Assembly: GCA_963778655.1 (NCBI GenBank)
Contig: CAVZVA010000011.1
Coordinates: forward strand, 192,001-256,000
Direction of reading: 5' to 3'
DNA: 64,000 bases
Origin: an uncultured delta proteobacterium
Lineage (GTDB): Bacteria > Myxococcota_A > Polyangia > Polyangiales > JAFGIB01
Position 1 is the stretch's first letter. Each line of letters opens with the position of its first letter. Both the position numbers and the translations under genes were made by a program. The notes under the pieces are model-generated. The model was not told where the DNA came from. It worked only from the letters and a program-made list of their open reading frames with translations, and ran no database searches. Positions 23,267 to 33,198 of the stretch are shown piece after piece.

Positions 23267-23998
23267 TCAGCCCAGCCGTCGTACGCGGTCCGCGGCCGCG
23301 TTCAGCGCAGCCACTGCCGAAGCGCGCTGCTCATCGTCGCCCACGACCGCGAACCGGAACCGCAGGTGTCCTCGGTCACGCTCGAGCACGTGCGCGAGCT
23401 GCGGCTGGTCGCTCTGCGGGCTACCGACGAACGAATCGACGCGTGCCCGCAAATCGCGCGCATCGTCGACCCACACCGGCACTTCGACCCGCCCTGCGCC
23501 CCCGTAGACCAGCACCAACACGCCCGGCTCGCTCGGCACCTGCTCGGTGTGCTCCGTGTCGAGCACACTGTCCGCGCTCCAACTCAGCCCCGCCACCGTA
23601 TCGATCTGCGGAAAGCCGGCAGGGTGCGCGACCGGCAGCCCGATTAGCGCCGCCACCAAGTCCACCGCCGAAGCCATCCCCACCGCGCGTCCCTTTTCAT
23701 CGACCGCGACGAGCCGATGCACCTGATACTCCGCCAGCTTCCGCGCCGCTTCCTCGATTGTCGCCCCGGCCGCCACCGTCAGCGCCGGCTCCGCTATCCG
23801 GTCCCGCACCCGGTTCCCCCCCGACTCGCTCATTAGGTCACGAATCGACACCATCCCCTTGAGCGTCCCCGCCTCATCGATCACCGGACACGCGCTGATC
23901 CCCAGCATCAGGATGAAATCGAGCGCATCCTCACGCGGCGCATCCGGCTCCACCGCGAAGAGCTCCCCATTCATGATCTCGCGTACGAACTTCGCCAT
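23267..23998 (-). CDS. CBS-domain pair protein with C-terminal extension
   Basis: VREIMN...ISACPVID...GMVSIRDL and YQVHRLVAVD...GMASAVDL. Confidence 0.85.
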   Translation of the reverse strand: MAKFVREIMNGELFAVEPDAPREDALDFILMLGISACPVIDEAGTLKGMVSIRDLMSESGGNRVRDRIAEPALTVAAGATIEEAARKLAEYQVHRLVAVDEKGRAVGMASAVDLVAALIGLPVAHPAGFPQIDTVAGLSWSADSVLDTEHTEQVPSEPGVLVLVYGGAGRVEVPVWVDDARDLRARVDSFVGSPQSDQPQLAHVLERDRGHLRFRFAVVGDDEQRASAVAALNAAADRVRRLG

Positions 23999-24669
23999 AT
24001 CGCCTACGTAGGCCCGGAGCGGCGGGCTGCCAGGGTTCGAGAGCAGTGTGCAATTTCGGGCAATTTCGGGCGGTTCGTCTCGAAGCGATAGTGCCGGCGG
24101 CGGGTGTCCGCGCGCGGGAAGGCGGCCATCAGGATCGATGGCGGCACGTGGCGCGGTCGGCGCGGTGCGCCCGAGCACGGGACAGCCACGCGCACGCGCC
24201 TCGGCCATCACGGCACGGAACTGTGCACCAGGTCGACGTCGGGCACGCGGTCGTTCGGGTCGAGGGTGACCTACGCGGCCTCACGCAACGGCGGCGGGTA
24301 GGTGCCTTCGGGGAAGGGCGTCATGCGCTGGCCGCTGCGGGAGCGCTCGGAGCTGGCGCCGTAGCCGGCCGTGAGCTCGATCTTCTCTCGTCTGCGCGAG
24401 CTCCTGCGACCGCAGCGTCACTTCAGCGCGCGCTCCGTGCCCATATCGTCGAGCAGCCGGCGGACAGCGCACAGGTCAAGGAGCGGGGATATCGCGCGTT
24501 CCGACATCTCGGTGCGCCAGCAGGGTCCGTCACGGGGACGCAGCAGTCACCACCGGCAACGTAACGCGGCATGGTTTGGAGATCGCAGCGACGTCACGCC
24601 TCTTGCCGGTTGCGAGCCGCATGAAAAAAGGGCAACGAATCTTGCTTCGCCGGACCACTGCAAGCAGTA

Positions 24670-25815
24670 ATGGCCCTGCACGCGCGATGGCATCCTCGAG
24701 CCGCGGCGCCCGGCCGCGCGGCATGCGCGGGGGCGATTCTGCTGCTTGCGGCGTGCTCGAGCGGCGGCCGCGCGACGAGCCACGGCTCCGGCGGCGGCCC
24801 GCCCGCGGCAGCCTCCACGGGCACGGGCGGCGCCGCCGCGATCGGCGGGGGGAACGCGGGCGGCGCAGGCCCGGCCGGCACAGGCGGACAGGGTGAAGCG
24901 GACGGCTCGTCCGCCACCGGCACTGCAGGGACCGCAGGTCCGGGGCCGGGCGGAGCGGGCGGCATGAGTGACGCCGGCACGGGCGGCGCGCGCGGCGCGG
25001 ACCGCGCAGACGCGGGCGGCGCGGCCGGCGCCAACGACGGCGGTGCTAGCGACGCCGCTGTAAGCGACGCCGGCCCGCGTGACGGCGGCAAAGCCAGCGG
25101 GTGCAAGCGCGGCATCGCGGCAAACGTCGCGCCCGGCGCCGCGTTCTCGCCGGCGATCGGCTGGTGGTACAACTGGGCCATGTCGCGGAGCGGGGCGAGC
25201 TCCGCGATCGAGTTCGTGCCGATGATCTGGGGGAGCGGTGGCCTGGGTGCAGCGATCCCCGCCGGTGCGAAGTATCTGCTCACCTTCAACGAGCCGAACT
25301 TCCATTCCCAGTCGAACCTGACGGCGCAGCAAGCCGCGAGCTACTGGCCGATGATCGAGTCCAAGGCGCAGGCCGCGCAGGTTGCGATCGTGGGCCCGGG
25401 GCTGAACTTCTGCGGGCCCGCCGCGAGCTGCAACGGCACCAGCCCGTATCAGTACCTGAAGGACTTCTTCGCTGCGTGCACGGACTGCCAGGTCGATTAC
25501 GTCGCGGTGCACTGGTACAATTGCGACCTGCCGTCGCTGAAGGACTATCTCGAGCCAGGCGGGAACCTCGAGGGCTTCGAGCAGTTCGGCAAGCCGATCT
25601 GGATCACGGAATTCTCCTGCGACGGCAGTGCGACGGCAGCCGACCAGGAGGCGTACATGCGGGCGGCCGTGCCGTACCTCGAGAGCAATCCGCACGTGTA
25701 CCGCTACGCGTGGTTCAGCGCCGATCCGATCCCCAACGCCAAGCTCATCAACGAGGACGGCTCTCCGACGGCGCTCGGGCAGGTGTATGCGAGCTTGCCG
25801 GGGAGCTGCAAGTGA
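24670..25815 (+). CDS. GH128-family beta-1,3-glucanase lipoprotein
   Basis: Lipobox LLAAC, Gly-rich linker, then KRG, WWYNW, EFVPMIW, FNEPN, AVHWY, KPIWITEF, YRYAWF. Confidence 0.88.
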   Translation: MALHARWHPRAAAPGRAACAGAILLLAACSSGGRATSHGSGGGPPAAASTGTGGAAAIGGGNAGGAGPAGTGGQGEADGSSATGTAGTAGPGPGGAGGMSDAGTGGARGADRADAGGAAGANDGGASDAAVSDAGPRDGGKASGCKRGIAANVAPGAAFSPAIGWWYNWAMSRSGASSAIEFVPMIWGSGGLGAAIPAGAKYLLTFNEPNFHSQSNLTAQQAASYWPMIESKAQAAQVAIVGPGLNFCGPAASCNGTSPYQYLKDFFAACTDCQVDYVAVHWYNCDLPSLKDYLEPGGNLEGFEQFGKPIWITEFSCDGSATAADQEAYMRAAVPYLESNPHVYRYAWFSADPIPNAKLINEDGSPTALGQVYASLPGSCK

Positions 25816-25822
25816 GGCAACC

Positions 25823-27084
25823 ATGAGACGCCCCGCACCATTCGCCGCCGAGGCCATGCTCGGATTGATCGTCGTGCTCGGCGCTTGTTCCGGCGACTCC
25901 GACGGCGCCGGGGGCGACAGCGGGGGCACCCTCGGCGCTGGCACCGGGGGGACCGCGGGCGCGCTTGCCAGCGGCGGCGGCGCGGCGCCCGGCCGCAGCG
26001 GCGCAGCGGCAGCGAGCAGCGGCGGCGGCGGCACGACGAGCAGCGGCGGGGCAGCGGCGCCGAGCGCCGGCAGCGGCGCGAACGGCAGTATGGGAGGCGG
26101 CGGCACGGCCGGCACGGGTGGTAGCGCAGGGATGACTGCCGGCGGCGCGGGGGGAGCGGGGCCGCGGGCGCCGATGCCGGCGAGCCCGCGGGCTTTTGGG
26201 ACACCGGGCCGATCCCCAAGGCGAAGAACGTGATGATCTTCCGCTTCCTCAACCGCACCAACGGCAAGTACCAGGACGACGAGATCTACTGGAGCTTCAA
26301 GAGCGGCTCCGTCTCCGAGCTGCACTCGATCGCCGAGCAGGACAGCTACGACATGCCGGCCAACTCCGCCGGCCGGCTCTACTTCTACCTGTGCGCAGCG
26401 GGCGACGCGAGCTGCGCGAGCGACCCGACGAAGAGCAAGTACTTCGACTTCATCGAGCACACGATCGGCGCCCACCAGTACAACGGCAATACCACGCGCG
26501 TCGACGCGTTCGGGATCAAGATCGCGATGCGCCTGCACTGCGCGGACGGCTTCGATCGCGCGGTCGGAGAGGACTACGAGACCTTCCAGGAGGACCGCGC
26601 GACCACCTTTCAGAAGTTCATCGACTCGGTGCCGGACGAGTTCAAGTCGCTCGCCGAGCCACCCAACGCGCCTTATCGCATCGTGGAGCCGGGCCGCGGC
26701 GGCTTCAACGGCGGTGCCGCCAACGAGCATTACTACGACACCCTCGTCGATCAGATCTGGTCCGCCAACGGCATCACCATTCCGAAGCCCGGTCCCAACG
26801 GCAGCGGGCTCGCGAGCTATCCCGATCTGTCCGCGGCGATTTTCCGCCACGTGGGGACCGCACCGGGCAGCTTCAGCGCGGACGGTAAGCTGTTGAACAA
26901 GAGCCTGTGGTCCGACAGCGGGAGCTTCTACACGGCAGCGCCCGCCAACTACTACGCCCGCTTCTGGCATCAGCATGCGCTCGATGGCAAGGCCTACGGC
27001 TTCCCCTACGACGACGTGGGCGGCTACTCGAGCTACGTCTCCCACGCCGACCCCGAGTACCTGCTGATCGCGGTCGGGTGGTAG
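25823..27084 (+). pseudogene. GH64-family beta-1,3-glucanase lipoprotein with a single-base frameshift near 26149-26161
   Basis: Signal/lipobox ORF from 25823 (VLGAC). The catalytic part (DFIEHT, NTTRVDAFG, ANYYARFWH, YGFPYDDV) is in a frame shifted by one base. Confidence 0.8.
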
Positions 27085-27294
27085 GTTGTGGTGCCGCGGC
27101 GGCCGCGCCCCGCTTTTGCGGGCTCAGGCGGCGCGTTTGACCCGCCGCCGCCTCCTCGCGGGACAAGGAAGGCGCTGCGCCGCCGTGATCGGAGCTGCGC
27201 TCGAGCTCCGCTCCCCGGTCGTCTGCGATAACGTGCATGTGCTCCACTCCGAGGCGGGCACCCGGCACTCCGGAGCCCGGCAGGGTGCGCGAAG

Positions 27295-29799
27295 TCACCG
27301 CGCCACGGGAACCGGGCTGGCGTGCCAGATGTCGCGACAATACTCCCGAATCGAACGGTCGGACGAGAACTTGCCGCTGCGCGCCACGTTCAGGACCGAC
27401 ATTCGCGTCCATGCCGTTGGGTCGCTATAGGCCCGGTCGACCTGCTCCTGCGCCTGCATGTACGAGCGAAAATCGGCCAGCAGCATGTACTCGTCGTGAC
27501 CGAGCAGGCCGGCGATGAGCCCTGCGAATAGATCGCGATCGCCGCGCGAGAAGAATCCGCTCTGCAGAAGATCGAGCACTTCCCGAAGCTCGGGATCGCC
27601 TTCATACAACGCGCGCGGGTCGTACCCGGCCACCCTGCGCGCGCGGACCTCGCTCGCGCTGAGGCCGCACGTGAAGAAGTTCTCCTCCCCGACCTCTTCG
27701 CGAATCTCGATGTTCGCGCCGTCGAGCGTGCCCAGCGTCGGCGCCCCGTTCATCATGAACTTCATATTCCCAGTGCCGGAGGCTTCTTTGCCCGCCAGCG
27801 AAATCTGCTGCGACAACTCGGCGGCCGGGTACATGCGTTGGGCGATCTTGACGTTGAAATCCGGGACGAAGACCACGCGCAACAGATCACGGGTCTCCGG
27901 GTCGTTGTTCACGACCTCGGCCACCGAGTGCACCAGCTTGATGATCAGCTTCGCCATGGTGTAGCCGGGCGCGGCCTTGCCCGCGAACAATACCGTGCGA
28001 GGCACCGTATGCGACTGCTTGCCCTGCTTGAGCTGGCGGTAGCGCGCGATGATGCCCAGCACGTTCAAGTGCTGGCGCTTGTACTCGTGGATGCGCTTGA
28101 TCTGCACGTCGAACCTCGACGCCGGATCCACGCTCTGTGCGTATTGCTGTTTCAAGTACTCGGCGAGGCTCGCTTTGCTGGTCTGTTTGGCCTGACGAAA
28201 ATGCTCACCGAATCCCGCATCGCCGGCGAACGCTTCGAGCGCGCGCAGCTCGGACGCGTCCCGTAGCCAACCATCTCCGATCGCTTCGTGGATCAATTTG
28301 CTCAGCGACGGATTGGCAAGCGCGAGGAAGCGGCGCGGGCTTACCCCATTGGTCTTGTTGCTGAGCTTATCCGGCCACATCGCTTGAAAATCCGCCAAGA
28401 CGTTGCTGGCGAGCAAGTGCGTATGGAGCTCGGCGACCCCGTTGATTGCGTGACTCCCTACGCACGCCAGGTTCGCCATCCGCACCCGCTTTTCGCCGTG
28501 CTCGTCGATCAATGACAAGCGCGCGACGCGCCAGTCGTTCTCGGGGAAGCGCGCGCGGACTTGCGTCAAGAAACGCCGGTTGATCTCGAAGATCAGCTCT
28601 AGATGGCGTGGCAGGACACTGCCAAACAACGACAGGGACCAGGCCTCGAGCGCCTCGGGCAGAAGCGTATGGTTGGTGTACGAAAAAGCTCGAGTGGTAA
28701 TCTCCCACGCCTCGTCCCATTCCAGTGCGTGCTCGTCTACGAGCAGCCGCATCAGCTCGACCACCGATACCGCCGGATGGGTGTCGTTCAGCTGCACCGC
28801 GTACTTGTGATGGAAGTTATGTACGCTGGGTGCGCGCTGTAGGTGGATTCGGATCATGTCTTGCAGCGAACAGGACACGAAGAAGTACTGCTGTTCCAGC
28901 CGAAGGCGCTTGCCGGCCTCCGGCTCGTCGTTGGGGTAAAGGACCTTGGTGAGGTTTTCGCTGACGATCTTGTCTTGCACGGCGCGCAAGTAGTCGCCCA
29001 CGTTGAACGCCTGAACATCGAACGCCTCGCTCGCGACCGCCTGCCATAGCCGGAGCATGTTGGCGTTCTGCACACCGTACCCAAGGCATATCGTGTCACA
29101 CGGAATTCCCTTGACCACGCGACCAGGAATCCAACGCACGCGATAGCGTCCCTGAGGATCACGATACGGTTCGGTGCGACCGCCGAGCATGACGGTGTGC
29201 TCGATCTCGTGGCGCACGATTTCCCATGGATTGCCAAGCCGGAGCCACTTGTCGGTGGCCTCGTATTGCCAGCCGTCACGCAGGCGTTGAGCGAAGATCC
29301 CGAACTCGTAGCGGATGCCGTAGCCGATCGCCGGTATGCACAACGTGGCCATCGAATCCATGTAACAGGCGGCAAGCCTGCCGAGCCCGCCGTTCCCGAG
29401 GCCCGGCTCCTGCTCGTGTTCGATCAGTGTATCGAGGTCGATGCCGAGCTCGAGCATCGCAGCACGCACTTCGTCCTGCAGCCCCAGGTACAACAGGTTT
29501 TTCCCTAGCTGCGGCCCGATCAGGAACTCGGCCGAGAGATAGGCAACCGTCCGGCTGGTCCGCTCGAAATAGGTCTGCGCCGTCTGAATCCAGCGGTGCA
29601 ACATGCGGTCGCGCACGGTGTATGCAAGCGCCAGGTAGTTGTCGTTGCGCGTCGCTATCGCGGCGAACTTGCCCAACCGCGTGTACAGGTTGTCCTCGAA
29701 GTCGCGAGCAATGGCGGGCGCGTCTCGTTCGGGAGAGACTGCACGGGCGGGAAGCGGCCGATTGGATGGACGATCCGATGGACGATCCGAGGTGGTCAT
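27295..29799 (-). CDS. glgP: Glycogen/starch phosphorylase
   Basis: GLGNGGLGRLAAC, QLNDTHP, KRIHEYKRQ, EASGTGNMKFMMNG (PLP Lys). Confidence 0.97.
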   Translation of the reverse strand: MTTSDRPSDRPSNRPLPARAVSPERDAPAIARDFEDNLYTRLGKFAAIATRNDNYLALAYTVRDRMLHRWIQTAQTYFERTSRTVAYLSAEFLIGPQLGKNLLYLGLQDEVRAAMLELGIDLDTLIEHEQEPGLGNGGLGRLAACYMDSMATLCIPAIGYGIRYEFGIFAQRLRDGWQYEATDKWLRLGNPWEIVRHEIEHTVMLGGRTEPYRDPQGRYRVRWIPGRVVKGIPCDTICLGYGVQNANMLRLWQAVASEAFDVQAFNVGDYLRAVQDKIVSENLTKVLYPNDEPEAGKRLRLEQQYFFVSCSLQDMIRIHLQRAPSVHNFHHKYAVQLNDTHPAVSVVELMRLLVDEHALEWDEAWEITTRAFSYTNHTLLPEALEAWSLSLFGSVLPRHLELIFEINRRFLTQVRARFPENDWRVARLSLIDEHGEKRVRMANLACVGSHAINGVAELHTHLLASNVLADFQAMWPDKLSNKTNGVSPRRFLALANPSLSKLIHEAIGDGWLRDASELRALEAFAGDAGFGEHFRQAKQTSKASLAEYLKQQYAQSVDPASRFDVQIKRIHEYKRQHLNVLGIIARYRQLKQGKQSHTVPRTVLFAGKAAPGYTMAKLIIKLVHSVAEVVNNDPETRDLLRVVFVPDFNVKIAQRMYPAAELSQQISLAGKEASGTGNMKFMMNGAPTLGTLDGANIEIREEVGEENFFTCGLSASEVRARRVAGYDPRALYEGDPELREVLDLLQSGFFSRGDRDLFAGLIAGLLGHDEYMLLADFRSYMQAQEQVDRAYSDPTAWTRMSVLNVARSGKFSSDRSIREYCRDIWHASPVPVAR

Positions 29800-29952
29800 A
29801 ACTCCTCTGGCGTTGCGCTCTGGCGGTTTGCGCCGGTCACGGATGGAGTGTCCGGCGCAAGCGTCGCTTCGGCAAGCACGTCCTCAGTCATGGCTTGGTT
29901 TGGTGGCCATGAATCGCACACGGTCTGCGTGCGCACGCCGCGCAGCGCAGAG

Positions 29953-30591
29953 CTACCCGCGCTTGAGGCCGTGCTCTTCGATGCTGGCGTTGTTCTTGGC
30001 CTGGGCGGCCTGCCAGGCGGGACGCGCGTCGAGCCGCTGGCTGTACGCGACGAACGGGGGACGCGCCTCGAGCATCTTGAACATCAGCATGTAGCGCACG
30101 GTGCCGCCGAAGATCACGTCGGCCATGCTGAAGCGATCGCCGAGTAGCCACGGCCCTTTGCCGATCGCGACCTCGATCGCGTCGAGCATGTTCGCGTACT
30201 CACCCCAGCCGGCCTGCGACGAGCGGTACTCCCACTTCGCGCCCTGCGCGTAGGCGCCCGGCTCGATCACCGACGGCGCGAACAGCGACCAGCGCAGATA
30301 CGTCGCGCGCGTCGAGTCGTCGACCTTGGGGCAGAGCGTGCCGTAGCCATAGCGGTCCGCGAGGTAGAGGCCGATCGCCGCCGATTCGGTGACGATCGCG
30401 TCGCCGTCCTGGAGCGTCGGCAGCTTGCCCATCGGGTTCAGCTTGCGGAACTCCGGCGTGCGCTGCGCACCGGCCATCAAATCCACATAACGCAGCCCAT
30501 AGGGTTGCCCGACTTCCTCGAGCATCCAGACCACGTTGGCCGCGCGGCTGAAGGGGTGATAATGGAGGAGGAGCTTCGACGCCGGAGTCAT
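29953..30591 (-). CDS. Glutathione S-transferase family protein
   Basis: SRAANVVWMLEE, NPMGKLPTL, ESAAIGLYLA, GDRFSMAD. Confidence 0.92.
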   Translation of the reverse strand: MTPASKLLLHYHPFSRAANVVWMLEEVGQPYGLRYVDLMAGAQRTPEFRKLNPMGKLPTLQDGDAIVTESAAIGLYLADRYGYGTLCPKVDDSTRATYLRWSLFAPSVIEPGAYAQGAKWEYRSSQAGWGEYANMLDAIEVAIGKGPWLLGDRFSMADVIFGGTVRYMLMFKMLEARPPFVAYSQRLDARPAWQAAQAKNNASIEEHGLKRG

Positions 30592-30673
30592 ACCCCGGGA
30601 CCGTAGCGCGGGAACCGACCAAGGGCCACAGGCCCAAGGCCCTCTGCCAGCGAATTTGCAAGGCCAGACAAAA

Positions 30674-30877
30674 GAGACAAAAGGGGACGGTCCTCGATAC
30701 TTCGATAACCTCCGCTTCTTGCTTCCGCTCCATCCCCTCGCCGGCACGCGTCAGGTCTCCTGCACATCCACATAAAGGAGACAAAAGGGGACGGTCCTCG
30801 ATACTTCGATAACCTCCGCTTCTTGCTTCCGCTCCATCCCCTCGCCGGCACGCGTCAGGTCTCCTGCACATCCACAT
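30674..30877. repeat. Perfect 100-bp tandem duplication containing a REP-like motif and the RAYT stop codon
   Basis: 30674-30773 equals 30778-30877; each copy contains GGGGACGGTCCTCGATACTTCGAT. Confidence 0.92.
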
Positions 30878-31290
30878 GATACCGCACCGGTAGCGCATCG
30901 GCCGTGGCCTTGGTCTTGGTGCGCGGACGTGAGCGGCGGCGGGCAGAGAGCAACGCCGTCAGCGCGCTCGCTTGCTCGTCGAGCTCTGCTGGCGTCGTCA
31001 TCGCCCGACCGTAGTGATAGCTCACCACCCCGGTGTCCAGGCCCAGGGCGCGTGCCAGCTCCACTTGCTGGCCGCCGTACTCGTGCAGCCACACCCAGAT
31101 CGCCAAACGCTTGGCCTGGGTCGGACCCCTCGCCCGCGGACGCACTTGCAGCTCGATCGGGTCCACATCCAACAGGTCCAGCGCCGCATCGATCACCTCG
31201 CGCACGCTGGGCCGACCCACCGGACCCGCGCGCCGCTCCGCGCCGCGACCCGACAGCGCCGCCTTGACCTTCTCCGCCGCGCGTCCCCCC
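30855..31290 (-). pseudogene. Probable C-terminal helical/HTH part of a REP-associated tyrosine transposase
   Basis: VREVIDAALDLL...AKRLAIWVW...QVELARALGLDTGVVSYH HTH-like segment. It lies on the same strand as, and downstream of, the RAYT N-terminus at 32884-33076 and has no start of its own. Confidence 0.55.
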
Positions 31291-31344
31291 GGCCGCGCGG
31301 TCGGGCCTAAGCCATCTGGCCGCGCGGTCGGGCCTAAGCCATCT
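31291..31344. repeat. 27-bp tandem duplication
   Basis: GGCCGCGCGGTCGGGCCTAAGCCATCT x2. Confidence 0.9.
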
Positions 31345-31421
31345 GGCTTTGGTGGGCTTCGAGTATGACGCGGGTGCGTCAGCTGATACCCTGACGATAT
31401 TGACCTCGCCTCGGAGCCCGC

Positions 31422-32900
31422 ATGATCGAAAGCATCGCCGTCGACAACGCCACTCCGCTGGACGACTACGCGGCTCACGCGCACCTGGCCGCCGCTGTCG
31501 CCGAGCTGCGCAAGGAGGCACATGAGCTCGTGCCGCGTCTTCATGGGCGTACGGTGTGGATGGTCAATTCCACGGCGCGCGGAGGCGGTGTTGCGGAGAT
31601 GCTCCCGTGCATCGTCGGAATCCTGCGCGAACTTGGTGTCGATGCGCGTTGGGTGGTCATCGGCACAGACCGGGAGCGGTTCTTCGGGGTCACCAAGCGT
31701 CTACACAATTTGATCCACGGCGAGGGCAAGCCCGAGATCGACGGCGATGACCGCGCGATCTACGAGCAGGTGAGTCGCGAGCTGGCCGATGAACTGGCGC
31801 CAAAGCTCAGCCCCCGCGATGTCTTGGTCGTTCACGATCCCCAACCTTGTGCGATGGGCGCGCTGTTGAGACAGCGCATCGGCTTGTGCGCCATGTGGCG
31901 TTGCCACATTGGCCTCGACAGCGTGACGCCCGAGACACGCGCGGCCTGGGGCATGCTCCAGCCTTACGTGCGCTGCTATGACCACTGTATCTTTAGTGCC
32001 CCGGAGTACATCCCGGAATTCGTCTCGGGCACGGTTTCGGTGATCACGCCCGCGATCGATCCGCTGCAGCCGAAGAACCGCCCGCTGTCCGCGACCGAGC
32101 TTACGGGCGTGCTTACGAATTCCGGGCTGATTCCGGAGACCGAGCCGCTCGTGCGTCCGGCCTTTCGATATCGAGTCGAGCGCCTTCAACCCGATGGCCA
32201 GTTCGCGCCGCTGCAACGCGACATGGGGCTGCTGCCGCGACCCATCGTCTCGCAGATCTCGCGCTGGGACCGGCTGAAGGGGTTCGGCCCGTTGCTCGAG
32301 GGGTTTGCGAGGCTCAAGCGGGAATGCCGCAGCGCAAAGGGACTGAGCCCGCGCGAGCAGCGGCGGATCGAGATCACGCGACTCGTGCTCGCCGGGCCCG
32401 AGCCCGCCGCGGTCCAAGACGATCCGGAGGCCTCGGGGGTGCTGCGGGAGCTCGTGGGCGCCTATCGTGGTCTCGAGCCCGAACTGCAACAAGACATCGC
32501 CATCCTGTCCTTGCCCATGGGTTCGCTTCGCGAGAACGCGTTGATGGTCAACGCGTTGCAGCTGTGCTCGAGCATCGTCGTGCAGAATTCGTGGCGCGAG
32601 GGGTTCGGCTTGACCGTGACCGAGGCGATGTGGAAGCGCGTCGCTGTGCTAGGCTCGAATGCATGCGGCGTCCGCCAGCAGATTCGAGACGGAATCGATG
32701 GTCGTATCAACGACCGCCCCGGCGATCCGGCGGCCGTCGCCGAGTACCTGCTTGAGATGCTGAGCAAGAAGGAGCTTCGCGATCGCCTCGCTCGCCAAGG
32801 CCAGCGGCGTGTGCACGATGAGTTTCTGGTGTTCTCGCAGTTGCGCCACTGGCTGCGCATGCTCTCGGACACCATCAACAAGAGGGGACGGTCGCCCTGA
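31422..32900 (+). CDS. GT4 glycosyltransferase, trehalose synthase TreT-like
   Basis: VNSTARGGGVAEML, HDPQP, WRCHI, QISRWDRLKG, EGFGLTVTEAMWK. Confidence 0.88.
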   Translation: MIESIAVDNATPLDDYAAHAHLAAAVAELRKEAHELVPRLHGRTVWMVNSTARGGGVAEMLPCIVGILRELGVDARWVVIGTDRERFFGVTKRLHNLIHGEGKPEIDGDDRAIYEQVSRELADELAPKLSPRDVLVVHDPQPCAMGALLRQRIGLCAMWRCHIGLDSVTPETRAAWGMLQPYVRCYDHCIFSAPEYIPEFVSGTVSVITPAIDPLQPKNRPLSATELTGVLTNSGLIPETEPLVRPAFRYRVERLQPDGQFAPLQRDMGLLPRPIVSQISRWDRLKGFGPLLEGFARLKRECRSAKGLSPREQRRIEITRLVLAGPEPAAVQDDPEASGVLRELVGAYRGLEPELQQDIAILSLPMGSLRENALMVNALQLCSSIVVQNSWREGFGLTVTEAMWKRVAVLGSNACGVRQQIRDGIDGRINDRPGDPAAVAEYLLEMLSKKELRDRLARQGQRRVHDEFLVFSQLRHWLRMLSDTINKRGRSP

Positions 32901-33076
32901 ACCAACACCAGATGCACGTGATTGGACATCAAGCAGTACGCCAGCACCTCCACCTCGCTGCGTCCCACAGCCTTCCCAACCAGCTCCAGGTACGCCTCTC
33001 GGGCACCCGCTCGGTCCAGCTACCACTGGTCCAGCGCAACCCCTCCAGCCAAGCTCACGCGCGCAGCTCGCGGCAT
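32884..33076 (-). pseudogene. REP-associated tyrosine transposase (RAYT, Y1 HUH) N-terminal fragment
   Basis: Manual translation MPRAARVSLAGG...*...AYLELVGKAVGRSEVEVLAYCLMSNHVHLVLVQG with the HUH motif NHVHL and an in-frame stop. Confidence 0.8.
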
Positions 33077-33111
33077 CGAGCACCTCGCCTACCACGGCCC
33101 CCCCACCGATA

Positions 33112-33140
33112 CAACAATCGATGTATCGAGGACCGTCCCC
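33112..33140 (-). repeat. REP-like repeat copy
   Basis: rc GGGGACGGTCCTCGATACATCGATTGTTG, 28/29 identical to 12402-12430. Confidence 0.85.
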
Positions 33141-33198
33141 CCGGCCGATACCCCCGGCCAGCCAGGGCCCCCCCGGCCAGCCCCCCCCGGCCGCGCGA

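Noticed and set aside
24547..27045. 832-aa minus-strand ORF
   Set aside because: Antisense shadow of the two glucanase genes, with no recognisable motifs.
29765..29790. 12-bp tandem repeat at the glgP 5' end
   Set aside because: In-frame low-complexity N-terminal tail (SDRP repeats) with no evident function.
30674..30877. CRISPR array
   Set aside because: Two copies with identical intervening sequence, no unique spacers, and no cas genes in the window.
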